The position numbers and the translations under genes are program-made. A stretch of DNA of 64,000 nucleotides. It comes from an uncultured Thermoplasmata archaeon (lineage in GTDB: Archaea > Thermoplasmatota > Thermoplasmata > UBA10834). The stretch's first letter is position 1. Every line of letters starts with the position of its first letter. The notes under the pieces are model-generated. The model was not told the DNA's origin. It did not search any database and worked only from the letters and a program-made list of their open reading frames with translations. The stretch covers positions 224,001-288,000 of the forward strand of contig CAVRDX010000003.1 in assembly GCA_963719945.1 (NCBI GenBank), in the 5' to 3' direction. This document shows, one piece after another, positions 30,941 to 40,754 of this stretch.

Positions 30941-31645
30941 TCAATCGGACACTGTCTCTGTGTTTTCTGATGCAGCATCGGAGTTGTGCCTAACGTTCCC
31001 TTCCGCGTCAGAGAGCAAGTCCGGTCGGAGCTTCGATATGAACGAAACTACGTAGCCGGTTATGACACCTTCGATTACGCCAGCTACGATATTGACAGCT
31101 GCGATGAGAAGCATATTCCCGAGGACCTCTTCCTTTGTCTGCTCGGAATCCTGAAGTCCCGAGACCGCGACGATCCCGATGATGACCAATGCGCTGATTG
31201 AGAGAGCGAGGATGGCTGCTCCGAGACTTGAAATGAATCTGTTGAGGTCGAGCTTGGATCGGACGAGACGGTAGAAGTAGTATGCGACCAGGACCTCCGT
31301 CATGTTCACGATGGTGTTTGCTCCCACCATCCCCCAACCCCCGTGTCCGATCGATGCACTGAATATGTTGATGACGAGAACGCTTAAACTGCCGAGAGCC
31401 GGTCCGGCCAGGATACCTATCAAAGGCGTAAGGTTGAGATGTATTCCACCGAATATCGGGATGCTTACTTGAAACGCTGCAAAACCGACAGACGTGCACA
31501 TGGCAGCGATTGCCAGTTTCCTCGGGGTGACCTTGCCCTTGCGAAGGACCAGGAGTGCAAGGGCCACCATCGCTCCTGCTATTACGGACCATATGATCAC
31601 CCACTCAGGTGAGAATGCGCCGTCCTCGAGGTGTATGTGTGCCAC
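30941..31645 (-). CDS. cbiM: Co/Ni ECF transporter S component (CbiM/NikM)
   Basis: N-terminal AHIHLEDG, IHLNLTPLIGILAGP and GHGGWGMVGAN. The likely start is GTG 31645. Confidence 0.88.
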   Translation of the reverse strand: MAHIHLEDGAFSPEWVIIWSVIAGAMVALALLVLRKGKVTPRKLAIAAMCTSVGFAAFQVSIPIFGGIHLNLTPLIGILAGPALGSLSVLVINIFSASIGHGGWGMVGANTIVNMTEVLVAYYFYRLVRSKLDLNRFISSLGAAILALSISALVIIGIVAVSGLQDSEQTKEEVLGNMLLIAAVNIVAGVIEGVITGYVVSFISKLRPDLLSDAEGNVRHNSDAASENTETVSD

Positions 31646-31822
31646 AGAGACCAGGCGTGACACGGCAGGTCATTTTAATAAGATTTCTGATTCGCTTAAT
31701 AACCACGACCTTCGGAGCCCGTTCGTTTAATAACGCTGATGAAAGCTCCGAAACTGAGACATATCCACAGCGCCGTTACTATCCAGGGACACCTGACACG
31801 GAATCCCGAGGGAGATCCAAAG

Positions 31823-32329
31823 ATGCTGACGCCGACCCACCTGATTGTATGTGTCTTCATCGGTCTGCTACTGCATCTCAACCGAAACGAATGGTTCGTG
31901 GCCCTGACCTTCGGGGTCGTGATCGATGTCGATCACGTGTTCGCACTTCCAAGATATGTCAGCGACAACGGATGGTCAGCGATCCTGCGGCCGACATGGG
32001 ATGATGCATCCGGCCTTCCTTGGAGATCACTTCTCCATGAACCTGTCGGCGGCTTCATAGTTGGATATCTTTCCATCGGTTGGAGGTTGATGCTGCCTCT
32101 CATATTCTGGGGAGTTCATGTTTTCATGGATCGGCTGCAAATCGAATTCATTGATTACTCAACACCTATCGAGTCTGCAATCCTGATTGGCGCTGTGTTC
32201 GGTTCGTTTGTGATAGGATACCATCGCTGGGTTGTCATATCGGGCGAGAAGACCTGGTCCCGCTACTTGATGCATCTGTGGGCGATAGTCAGAACCAGCA
32301 TCGCACGCAAGGGTTCCGTCACTCCTTGA
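31823..32329 (+). CDS. Membrane protein, YdjM-like metal-dependent hydrolase
   Basis: TH, IDVDH, RSLLH and HVFMD motifs within a hydrophobic protein. Confidence 0.6.
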   Translation: MLTPTHLIVCVFIGLLLHLNRNEWFVALTFGVVIDVDHVFALPRYVSDNGWSAILRPTWDDASGLPWRSLLHEPVGGFIVGYLSIGWRLMLPLIFWGVHVFMDRLQIEFIDYSTPIESAILIGAVFGSFVIGYHRWVVISGEKTWSRYLMHLWAIVRTSIARKGSVTP

Positions 32330-33209
32330 CGCGTTCGTAGAACCTCAGCAGGAAGATGACCCAGATGACCTCGAAAACGATGCATATGGTCGCTGGTACG
32401 GCGACTATCGGGTCGAACAGTGCGATTGCCAGCGTCGCGGTCAATCCCAGGTTCTTGTAGCTCGAGAATAGCACCTGAGTGACACGTGCCTCCTTGGGAA
32501 CGCCCAGCTTTTTCAGTGAGAATTCGACACCCAATCCTGTACCAAATGTTCTAATGATCGATACCGCGGCCACTGCGAGCACTATCCAAGGCTCGCTCAC
32601 GAATGCGTTTCTGTTCGCTCCTGCGACAGCGAATATCAGTATCGCGAAGAGGATGTTCATGGCCTGAGTCATCACGGACTTGTCAATGCTGGCACGCATG
32701 ACGATCCTGGATGCAACCATGGGGAGGACTATCAGGAACAGAAGTGACACTATGAGGTCGTTGACCGATACGGCAGAACCTATGAGTGCCAGCGAGATCA
32801 GTGGCATAAGGGCGAGGGCGCTCAGGTAGTTCACAGCGGTCGAGAACAGGGCCTTTGAAGTCTTGCCTCCGAAGATCGTGGTGAAAGGCACGATGGATAT
32901 GGCCGAGGGTGCCGCTGCCATGAGCACCCACCCCCACCATAGGTCCTCTGGGAAGAGTCGGCCGAGTATCAGGATGACTCCCGTGAGCATTCCATAATTG
33001 AGGATGAGTGCTACGACCGCATCCTTGCCATGCTCCTTGCTCTTCGTTTCTGCCAATCGTACTCTGGAAAGGGACAGGGTCATCAAAATCGCCAGAGATG
33101 CCATGGAGATCTCCTTGGTGAGCCAAGGGAATCCTCCGAGCAGCAACCCGAATAGCAGGCCGAGCCCCATCATGGCGCTGTAGCTGCCCAGTACATCTGC
33201 TGGCCTCAT
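32319..33209 (-). CDS. Bile acid:sodium symporter (BASS/SBF) family transporter
   Basis: About 10 TM segments with LILNY, AAAPSA and SYKNLG motifs. Confidence 0.75.
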   Translation of the reverse strand: MRPADVLGSYSAMMGLGLLFGLLLGGFPWLTKEISMASLAILMTLSLSRVRLAETKSKEHGKDAVVALILNYGMLTGVILILGRLFPEDLWWGWVLMAAAPSAISIVPFTTIFGGKTSKALFSTAVNYLSALALMPLISLALIGSAVSVNDLIVSLLFLIVLPMVASRIVMRASIDKSVMTQAMNILFAILIFAVAGANRNAFVSEPWIVLAVAAVSIIRTFGTGLGVEFSLKKLGVPKEARVTQVLFSSYKNLGLTATLAIALFDPIVAVPATICIVFEVIWVIFLLRFYERVKE

Positions 33210-33305
33210 GATGTGGTCGAAGAACGCATGGACTACAAATATGCTTGTCGTTGTTGACGAGTCCGCACCTAATCCTTTTTATCATCCCTGGCCTTATCGA
33301 GGCTG

Positions 33306-33956
33306 ATGAGCATCATCGAATGGGGTACCAATCTCATATTGGACCTGATATCCACGCTCGGCTATCCTGGAATCATCCTCCTGATGGCCCTCGAGAGCGC
33401 ATGCATGCCGATCCCGAGCGAGATCGTCATGCCTTTCGCCGGCTATCTTGTATATGCCGCCGAGCAACCCGGATTCGACGGGAACGCGATGACGCTCATA
33501 GGTGTTAGTCTCGCGGGAGCGATCGGCTGTACATTGGGCTCCATCGTGGCGTATTATCTCGGCAAGTACGCGGGACGACCATTCATACTGCGATACGGAA
33601 GATACGTCTTGATCCGCGAGAAGCATCTCGATATGGCGGACAGATGGTTCGAGAAATATGGCGATGCAGCCACGTTCATCGCGAGGCTTCTCCCGATAAT
33701 ACGGACATTCATATCCCTCCCGGCCGGGATTGCCAGGATGAATTTCAAGAAATTCGTATTCTACAGCTTCGTAGGGTCGCTACCCTGGACCGCGATGCTT
33801 GCTTACGTCGGATATGCCCTTGGTCCAAGTTGGGAAGAAATCGGAGGCTGGTTCAGAGGAATGGATTATGTCATCGTCGTCGGTCTAATCGTCGTGGTGA
33901 TATGGTATGTATATCGCTTCAAGAAGCAGAAGCGAGTATCAGAACCTCAGCCGTAG
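33306..33956 (+). CDS. DedA family protein
   Basis: LESACMPIPSE and ARLLPIIRTFISLPAG. Confidence 0.93.
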   Translation: MSIIEWGTNLILDLISTLGYPGIILLMALESACMPIPSEIVMPFAGYLVYAAEQPGFDGNAMTLIGVSLAGAIGCTLGSIVAYYLGKYAGRPFILRYGRYVLIREKHLDMADRWFEKYGDAATFIARLLPIIRTFISLPAGIARMNFKKFVFYSFVGSLPWTAMLAYVGYALGPSWEEIGGWFRGMDYVIVVGLIVVVIWYVYRFKKQKRVSEPQP

Positions 33957-35713
33957 TAGTATTCGCCTTTGGATTTCTGCTCCCTGTCAAGCCTGGAATC
34001 CTTCTTGTTTATCCTTGGTCTCGAGGAGTCCTGGTCGCGTCTGAATGTGATGTCTACATCCTTGAGGAATCGGTTCATGCCATCCCTCATCCCGAACGGC
34101 CCTTCAGCGACACCCTTCACAGAAGGTTCTCCTGCGAACACCATCAGCGAGTCAGAGATCAAGTCGATCATATAGACATCATGGTCGACGATCATGGCGG
34201 ATTTGCTCATTTTCTCGATGACCCTCCGGATGGTTTTGGCGGTGGTCATCCTCTGAGCAGAATCGAGGTAAGCTGACGGTTCATCGATCAGATATATGTC
34301 CGCCTGTTTGCCCAGGCACTCTGCAATGGCCACCCTCTGCAGCTCGCCGCCGGACAGAGTTCCCACCTCCTTGTCAAGAAGGTATTTGAGGGTGAGAGGT
34401 TGCGCCACTTCTGCCTGGAAGAACCCCGAATCATACTCCTTTCCAATGTTCGTCATGAGCATGTGCCTGACCGTTCCCTCGAACTCTGGCTTTATGTACT
34501 GGGGCTTGTAGCTTACGGTGACCTCTCCCATGACTTCGCCCGATGTCGGTTCGATCTCTCCAGCCAATATCTTGACGAATGTGGTCTTCCCGGTGGCATT
34601 CGGTCCGACGGCTCCGACCACTTCGCCTTTCCTGATCGCCCCGCCTGATACTTTCAACTTGAAATTCTTGATCCGTTTCGTTATATCCGTGAATTCGACG
34701 AGGCGCTGGGTCTGCCAATCGCCTCTGGGCGGCCTGCGCTCGAACTTTATCTCGGTCTCCCTGAACCGAATGTTCTCTTCCCTCAGGTACCCTTCGAGGT
34801 AGACGTTTATGGATGTCCTGACCGGCCTAGGATGAGCCATCACTCCATATGCTCCCTCGGAACCGTACATTATGTGGACAAGATCCGCCAGGAAATCGAT
34901 TATTGCCAGATCATGTTCGATCACCATGACCTGTTTAGTCTCGCTCAGTTTCTGTATGACCTTTGCGATTTTCAAACGTTGGTAGATGTCCAGATATGAT
35001 GAGGGTTCGTCGAAGAAGTAGACATCTGCGTCCTTCAGCAAGGTGGCAGCGATCGCCACTCTCTGGAGCTCTCCTCCTGAGAGTTTCGAGATATCCCGGT
35101 CCAGCACTCCAGATATGGTTAGCTGGTCGGCGATTTCGTCGAGTCTATTCGATTCATCTACCTTGGTGAGTAGATCACTCACTGGTCCTTTGTGGATCGC
35201 AGGCAGCTTATCCACATATTGTGGCTTGAGCGCAGTCCTGGTCTTCCCGTCTGCGAGATCCCCGAAGTAATTGTTCAGGTCGGTCCCGGCATACTTCTCC
35301 AAGACCTTGCTCCAGTCGCCCCCTCCTTCGTAATCTCCGAGGTTCGGTATGACCTGGCCAGAAAGGATCGATATTGCTGTGGTCTTGCCTATCCCGTTAG
35401 GCCCGAGCAGCCCGATTACCTGTCCTTGCCTGGGGATCGGCAGCCGATAGAGCCTGAACGAGTTCTTGCCGTACTGATGAACCAGTTCTCCTTCCAGTTC
35501 ACGCGGCAGGCCGATGATCTTGATGGCTTCCAGAGGACATTTGTGAACGCATATCCCACACCCGACGCATAGGTTCTCCGCGATGTACGGCTTGCCAGAT
35601 TCCCCTATCGCAATGGCTTCTACCCCTGTGCGCACGGGCGGGCAATAGTGTATGCACTCAAGGCCACATTTCTTTGGCTGGCATCGGTCCTTGAGTATTA
35701 CAGCTATCCTCAT
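33947..35713 (-). CDS. rli: Ribosome recycling ATPase ABCE1/RLI
   Basis: N-terminal Fe-S domain (C..KKC..EC...CP; CVGCGICVHKCP), two ABC domains and terminal GEYYY. Confidence 0.97.
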   Translation of the reverse strand: MRIAVILKDRCQPKKCGLECIHYCPPVRTGVEAIAIGESGKPYIAENLCVGCGICVHKCPLEAIKIIGLPRELEGELVHQYGKNSFRLYRLPIPRQGQVIGLLGPNGIGKTTAISILSGQVIPNLGDYEGGGDWSKVLEKYAGTDLNNYFGDLADGKTRTALKPQYVDKLPAIHKGPVSDLLTKVDESNRLDEIADQLTISGVLDRDISKLSGGELQRVAIAATLLKDADVYFFDEPSSYLDIYQRLKIAKVIQKLSETKQVMVIEHDLAIIDFLADLVHIMYGSEGAYGVMAHPRPVRTSINVYLEGYLREENIRFRETEIKFERRPPRGDWQTQRLVEFTDITKRIKNFKLKVSGGAIRKGEVVGAVGPNATGKTTFVKILAGEIEPTSGEVMGEVTVSYKPQYIKPEFEGTVRHMLMTNIGKEYDSGFFQAEVAQPLTLKYLLDKEVGTLSGGELQRVAIAECLGKQADIYLIDEPSAYLDSAQRMTTAKTIRRVIEKMSKSAMIVDHDVYMIDLISDSLMVFAGEPSVKGVAEGPFGMRDGMNRFLKDVDITFRRDQDSSRPRINKKDSRLDREQKSKGEYYYG

Positions 35714-35756
35714 CGACTTGGGTTAAGGCGGGGTCCATTTAAAAATATATCAGCGG

Positions 35757-37277
35757 CTACCTGTCTAGGACAAGCTCGATCTCCTCGACGATCGGGTCGA
35801 TATCGAGTTCTACGTAGCCTATCGTCTGGACGAGTTCGTCCGCTGAGAATTTCTGACCATATGACCATAGCTCGGTGATGAACTCGCCAGTTCTTTGGTT
35901 CTCGAACCAGTTCTCCCCGAACTTCTCTTTTAGGGCGGATCTGAGTTGTCCCTCGAATATCCACGCGCGCAGGTACTCGGCACAGTAGAATGCATCGTCC
36001 ACATCCTCAAGGAAGTTCTTCTCGGAGTGCTTGAACTTCAATCCTTTCTGAAGTGTGGTCCTGTAGACCTCAGAAAGCTCCGTCCCTACGCTGCTCTGGT
36101 GGAGCTTCATCTCATAGATCAGCTTAGATGCATATCTTCGCAGGAACATGAGCTTGTTCAGAACGGTGAATCGCTCGAACTCTTGAGCGTCCTCCATCCC
36201 TAGGTATCGTTTCAACCACAGTCCGTCCGTTGGAAGATAGTTGAAAAGGAACGCGAATGTCTCCGTCACCGAATTGTCGCCAAGATACTTGTATTCGGCT
36301 GGATGTTTTCTGTCCGTGGTTCCGAAATGCCATGCATGACCGCCTTCATGGAAGAAGGATTCGTAATCCTTCCATCCTCCCATCGGAAGTATGACGAGTT
36401 TGACATCGTCCGGCACCCTGACAGGTGCACAGAATGCCCTCGGGGTCTTCTTCTCTCGCTCCTCGGCGTCTATATGTATGTTCTCATAACCTCGAGTGTC
36501 TATCCCCATACCTCTCAATGTCTCTGAGAATGATTCTATCAACCTGTCCTTCCGGAAGTATCCATCATGCTCCTCTCCCTTGAACGCTATCGGGATGTCA
36601 CAGCTCCAGGCATCCGAAAGGGATGAATGAAGCTTGTCCTGGAGCAGTTCGTTCATCTTATCGACGTATATCTTCTCCGTCCTCTTGAGGAACTCCTCCA
36701 TCACCGCTTCGAGCTTTCGGTAATCGACACCTTTCAAGGATGCACACATGTCACGATAATTCTTGAATCCCAGCTCGGCGCTCTTGTCATGAGCGCTCTG
36801 CATACGCGAGTGCAGGATCTCATTGAGCTTTTCCGTCTCGACAAGTTTAGCCTCGAACAGCCTGTGCCTCCGTTCAGTATCAGGCTCGTTCCTGAGCCTT
36901 ACTGGCACCATTCTGTAGGGTACCATCTCTCCATCGAAGGCTATCTCGGTTCTTGTCTCCCAGGTGCTGGCCCTGTCCGTATGGTCCTTTATCGCGTTCT
37001 CCACATGGCCCAGGGTGGAGAATGTCCGGAGGTACCTCATCCATCTGGAATCCTCATCCGGCTTGATTGCTTCCAATGATTGTCTCACGACCTCGATGGC
37101 TTCCACGGAGAACAGGTGCGAATACCTCTCATAGATCGGCACGGTGCTCAGGTCGTCCTTGATGCCTGCATAGTTGCTGTAGAACTCTTGCATCAACTCG
37201 CTCTGAAACGCCTCTAGATCTCCTCGCAATCGGCCGAGTTCAAGAACGGCCATGGTGTCATTAATCTCTCTTCTCAT
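35757..37277 (-). CDS. Zincin metallopeptidase, M3-like
   Basis: FFHEGGHAWH (HExxH) plus downstream TETFA and RAFCAP. Confidence 0.7.
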   Translation of the reverse strand: MRREINDTMAVLELGRLRGDLEAFQSELMQEFYSNYAGIKDDLSTVPIYERYSHLFSVEAIEVVRQSLEAIKPDEDSRWMRYLRTFSTLGHVENAIKDHTDRASTWETRTEIAFDGEMVPYRMVPVRLRNEPDTERRHRLFEAKLVETEKLNEILHSRMQSAHDKSAELGFKNYRDMCASLKGVDYRKLEAVMEEFLKRTEKIYVDKMNELLQDKLHSSLSDAWSCDIPIAFKGEEHDGYFRKDRLIESFSETLRGMGIDTRGYENIHIDAEEREKKTPRAFCAPVRVPDDVKLVILPMGGWKDYESFFHEGGHAWHFGTTDRKHPAEYKYLGDNSVTETFAFLFNYLPTDGLWLKRYLGMEDAQEFERFTVLNKLMFLRRYASKLIYEMKLHQSSVGTELSEVYRTTLQKGLKFKHSEKNFLEDVDDAFYCAEYLRAWIFEGQLRSALKEKFGENWFENQRTGEFITELWSYGQKFSADELVQTIGYVELDIDPIVEEIELVLDR

Positions 37278-37381
37278 GTATATTCATTTCCACTCCATTC
37301 CAGTTTCTGGCCAATGAAACGAGATCCCAGAACCGCGCTACATTTAAGTGCGAAGCCTCCAATGATGGGCAGTTGGTCTCG

Positions 37382-39589
37382 ATGTCACGTGTGTTAGTCT
37401 GTGTAGCATGGCCTTATGCAAACGGAACGATCCATGTGGGCCACGTGGCCGGCTCGCTCCTGCCAGCAGATATATTCGCTCGCTTCAACCGCCTTATCGG
37501 GAACGAGACGATAATGGTGTCAGGTTCCGACATGCACGGCGCTCCGATAACCGTTAGCGCCGATAAGGAGAAGGTGTCCCCGGAAGTCATTGCCAACAGG
37601 TATCATGAGATCAATGCAAAGGCAATCGCCGACCTTGGGATCGAATTCGATCTGTTTACAAATACTCACACTCACAATCACGAAGAGGTCACAAAAGAGT
37701 TCTTCGTGAAACTGCTCGAGAAGGGACACCTCGAAAAGAAGACAACCCATCAGTTCTATTGTCCAAGCTGTCACAGATTCCTTCCGGACAGGTATGTCGA
37801 GGGAACATGCCCTCACTGCAAATACGAGCGCGCACGAGGAGACCAGTGTGATTCATGTGGCATGGATATGAACGCGGATCAGTTGATCGATGCAAGATGT
37901 CAATTATGCGGAGGGGTGCCCCAGCTCAGGGAGACAGAGCACTTCTTCCTAAAACTCTCTCATTTCACCGATGATCTCATGGAATATGCGGAGCGCAGCT
38001 CCCATTGGAGACCACATGTCCGTGCATTCACCATCAACGTGTTGAAGGATTGCCTCGTGGACCGTCCCATAACCCGTGATATATCCTGGGGTGTGCCTGT
38101 TCCGGTGGGAGGGTTCGATGACAAGCGGATATATGTCTGGTTCGAAGCAGTCATCGGCTATCTTTCCGCCTCAAAGGAATGGGCTATCCTTGAGGGTAAG
38201 CCAGACGACTGGAAGAAGTTCTGGACAGACGGCGATTGCAGAAGCTATTACTTCCTCGGAAAGGACAACATCATCTTCCACACAATAATATGGCCCGCCA
38301 TGCTGATCGGTCACGGTGGTCTCAACCTTCCGTATGATGTGCCTGCCAATCAATACATGAATCTGGGGGGTCAGAAGTTCTCTAAGAGCATGGGAGTAAG
38401 CATAGCCATCCCTGAAATGCTTCATAGGTTCAAGCCGGATATAATCAGATATTACCTCTCCGCGAACATGCCCGAGACTAAGGATTCGGAATTCGCCTGG
38501 GAGGATATGTCGCAGAGAGTGAACAACGAACTCGTTGCGACATACGGCAATTTCCTTCACAGAACCCTCTCGTTCACGCACAAGAACTTCGGTGAGATCC
38601 CGACATTGGGTGAGCTGGATGAACGTGATCAGAAGGCCATCGCTCGGATAGCCGAAACCTCTGCAATTATCTCCAAGGCATATTCGTCCTGCGAGTTCAG
38701 GGTGGCCATGAAAGCCCTCATGGACCTGGCTCAGTTCGGCAACCAGTACTTCGATCAGGTTGCGCCGTGGTCACTCATCGGCAAGGACAAGGCGAGATGT
38801 GGTACGGTGCTCAATGTCAGTCTGCAGATAGCAAAGGCCCTTTCGGTCATGGCGTTCCCGTTCATGCCATACTCCTCGGAATCCATCTGGAAGCAATTAT
38901 GCATGGATGCGACCATCGAGGAAATCGGTTGGAAAGGGATCGAAGATGACTTGGTCGCAGGTCGGAAGATGGAGAAGCCTATTCCCCAATTCGCGAAGAT
39001 AGAGGCCACATCCGCCGGCGATTTCCAGAAGTACGCTGTATTGGATTTGAAGATCGGCAAGGTCAAGGAGGTCAGACAGCATCCGAACGCTGACAAGCTG
39101 TATGTCATGTCTGTCGACATCGGTCGCCCGATAACAATAGTCAGCGGCCTGAAGGAGTTCTACTCGGCGGAGGAACTCTGTACAAAGACCCTGGTGGTGT
39201 TGACCAATCTGGAGCCAGCCACGCTCAGAGGCGTAAAGTCTGAGGGGATGTTGCTGGCAGCAGAGGGTGATGGCAAGCTTGCACTCCTCACCCCTGAAAA
39301 GGACCTGCCTGCCGGGACTCAGATCGCGAGCGGGATGGATGTCGGCTCGAAGCCGATCAGTTTCAAAGAGTTCCAGAAACTCGATATGAAATCCGGGACA
39401 TTATCTGCGGAGCAGCCCGCCACAGCCGATGTGGGTGGTCGGAGGGTGGCTTGTACTATCGACGATGGCAAGCCCGGGATGACCTATGCGTTGCTCCTGA
39501 ACACTGACAAGTCTGTCGTGATGACTTCATCCGATGGTGTGAAGATCGTTTTCGACAGGGAGATACAGGCTGGTGCTAAGATCCGATGA
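37382..39589 (+). CDS. metG: Methionyl-tRNA synthetase
   Basis: WPYANG, HVGH (HIGH), Zn knuckles, YVWFEA, GKDNIIFH, KFSKS and a C-terminal tRNA-binding OB domain. Confidence 0.97.
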   Translation: MSRVLVCVAWPYANGTIHVGHVAGSLLPADIFARFNRLIGNETIMVSGSDMHGAPITVSADKEKVSPEVIANRYHEINAKAIADLGIEFDLFTNTHTHNHEEVTKEFFVKLLEKGHLEKKTTHQFYCPSCHRFLPDRYVEGTCPHCKYERARGDQCDSCGMDMNADQLIDARCQLCGGVPQLRETEHFFLKLSHFTDDLMEYAERSSHWRPHVRAFTINVLKDCLVDRPITRDISWGVPVPVGGFDDKRIYVWFEAVIGYLSASKEWAILEGKPDDWKKFWTDGDCRSYYFLGKDNIIFHTIIWPAMLIGHGGLNLPYDVPANQYMNLGGQKFSKSMGVSIAIPEMLHRFKPDIIRYYLSANMPETKDSEFAWEDMSQRVNNELVATYGNFLHRTLSFTHKNFGEIPTLGELDERDQKAIARIAETSAIISKAYSSCEFRVAMKALMDLAQFGNQYFDQVAPWSLIGKDKARCGTVLNVSLQIAKALSVMAFPFMPYSSESIWKQLCMDATIEEIGWKGIEDDLVAGRKMEKPIPQFAKIEATSAGDFQKYAVLDLKIGKVKEVRQHPNADKLYVMSVDIGRPITIVSGLKEFYSAEELCTKTLVVLTNLEPATLRGVKSEGMLLAAEGDGKLALLTPEKDLPAGTQIASGMDVGSKPISFKEFQKLDMKSGTLSAEQPATADVGGRRVACTIDDGKPGMTYALLLNTDKSVVMTSSDGVKIVFDREIQAGAKIR

Positions 39590-40248
39590 AGCTCGACCTG
39601 CATATCCATTCAAGCTATTCGAGAGACGCCAGCGCCAGCCCGGAAGACATATTGACTGCCTGTAAGACTGCCGGCCTCGATGGATGTGCCGTAACGGATC
39701 ACAATACGGTCGAAGGATCGTTCAGGGCATCATCGATGGGCAAACATCACGGGCTCTTGGTGGTTAGAGGGGTCGAGGTCTCTACGATAGATGGTCACAT
39801 CCTCGCATATGGCGTGCGCGAGTCGATACCAAAGAGGCTATCGATCGAAGAGACCATCGAGAAGATAGTGGCTGCCGGGGGTGTACCGGTCGCAGCGCAT
39901 CCCAAGAGGTTCCCGTCCGGAATCGGGTTGGAGGCCGCTTCAGAGAACAAGTTCAAAGGAATCGAAGTCCTGAACGGTGGCAATTCTACATGGAACAACA
40001 GGGCCGCGAGAAAGGTCGCTGTGGCCAAGAATTTGGCTCGGATCGGTGGCTCAGACGCCCATAAGGTCACGGAGATTGGTCGTTCATATACAATATTCGA
40101 GAATGTCTCCACTGAGGAAGATGTCCTCAGTGCTATCTCTTCAGCTGCCACAAGTGCAGACGGTCGCAGTCGGACTGCGGTCGAAGGTATGGTCTACGCA
40201 GGCGAGACTCTGGTGGAATGGCTCCGGGGCGGATTGAAAAGACAATAG
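39586..40248 (+). CDS. PHP domain phosphoesterase
   Basis: DLHIHS, TDHN, GVEVST..GH, AHP and GGSDAH. Confidence 0.9.
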   Translation: MKLDLHIHSSYSRDASASPEDILTACKTAGLDGCAVTDHNTVEGSFRASSMGKHHGLLVVRGVEVSTIDGHILAYGVRESIPKRLSIEETIEKIVAAGGVPVAAHPKRFPSGIGLEAASENKFKGIEVLNGGNSTWNNRAARKVAVAKNLARIGGSDAHKVTEIGRSYTIFENVSTEEDVLSAISSAATSADGRSRTAVEGMVYAGETLVEWLRGGLKRQ

Positions 40249-40251
40249 CGC

Positions 40252-40611
40252 TCAGATGTTCTCTGCAATCCTGTCGGCGTATTCCCTGACCGTCGTCGCG
40301 AGCTCGCTGGTTGGTATCTCGTTGGATGCGGTAACGACGAGAAGGGCACGGTTTCCAGCGCTCAGCAGGACCATCTTCCCTCTTGTCAGCTCAACGCAGA
40401 CGTGTTGCAGCTTATCTTTGAGCTCTGCTGTAGCGGTCTCCGCGGCACCCAGCAGAATCGCGGACATGGCGACAAAGGTCTCCAGGTGCACTCCTTTCGG
40501 AGAGTCTCCTGCGATATGCATGCCGCTCCTCGAGACCACAGTTGCCTCATAGACAGATGAAATGGATCGTACCTCATCTAGTATCTTCTCAATCGCGAGA
40601 TACTCAGTCAT
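40252..40611 (-). CDS. Roadblock/LC7 domain protein
   Basis: 119 aa with the pattern VVSRSGMHIAG...ETFVAMSAILLGAAE...L..V.VE...GKMVL..AG..ALLVV. Confidence 0.88.
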   Translation of the reverse strand: MTEYLAIEKILDEVRSISSVYEATVVSRSGMHIAGDSPKGVHLETFVAMSAILLGAAETATAELKDKLQHVCVELTRGKMVLLSAGNRALLVVTASNEIPTSELATTVREYADRIAENI

Positions 40612-40754
40612 ATTCTCCGTAGCCCCCTCTGACAGATATGGTCAGCATTATCTGGAGAGGATATAAAGTTTAGTGGCTCCGTTTGTTATTGAGTAGATTG
40701 ATTGTCGGGCTCGATGACTTGATATCCGCTCAGTGTTATCCTGCGACGAATCCG

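Noticed and set aside
31711-31755. CTGATGA...GAAA resembling a hammerhead ribozyme core, or a metal/cobalamin riboswitch upstream of cbiM
   Set aside because: Stem II cannot form (AAGCTCC) and stems I and III are absent. Only an 8-bp inverted repeat TTCGGAGC/GCTCCGAA is present, with no B12-box.
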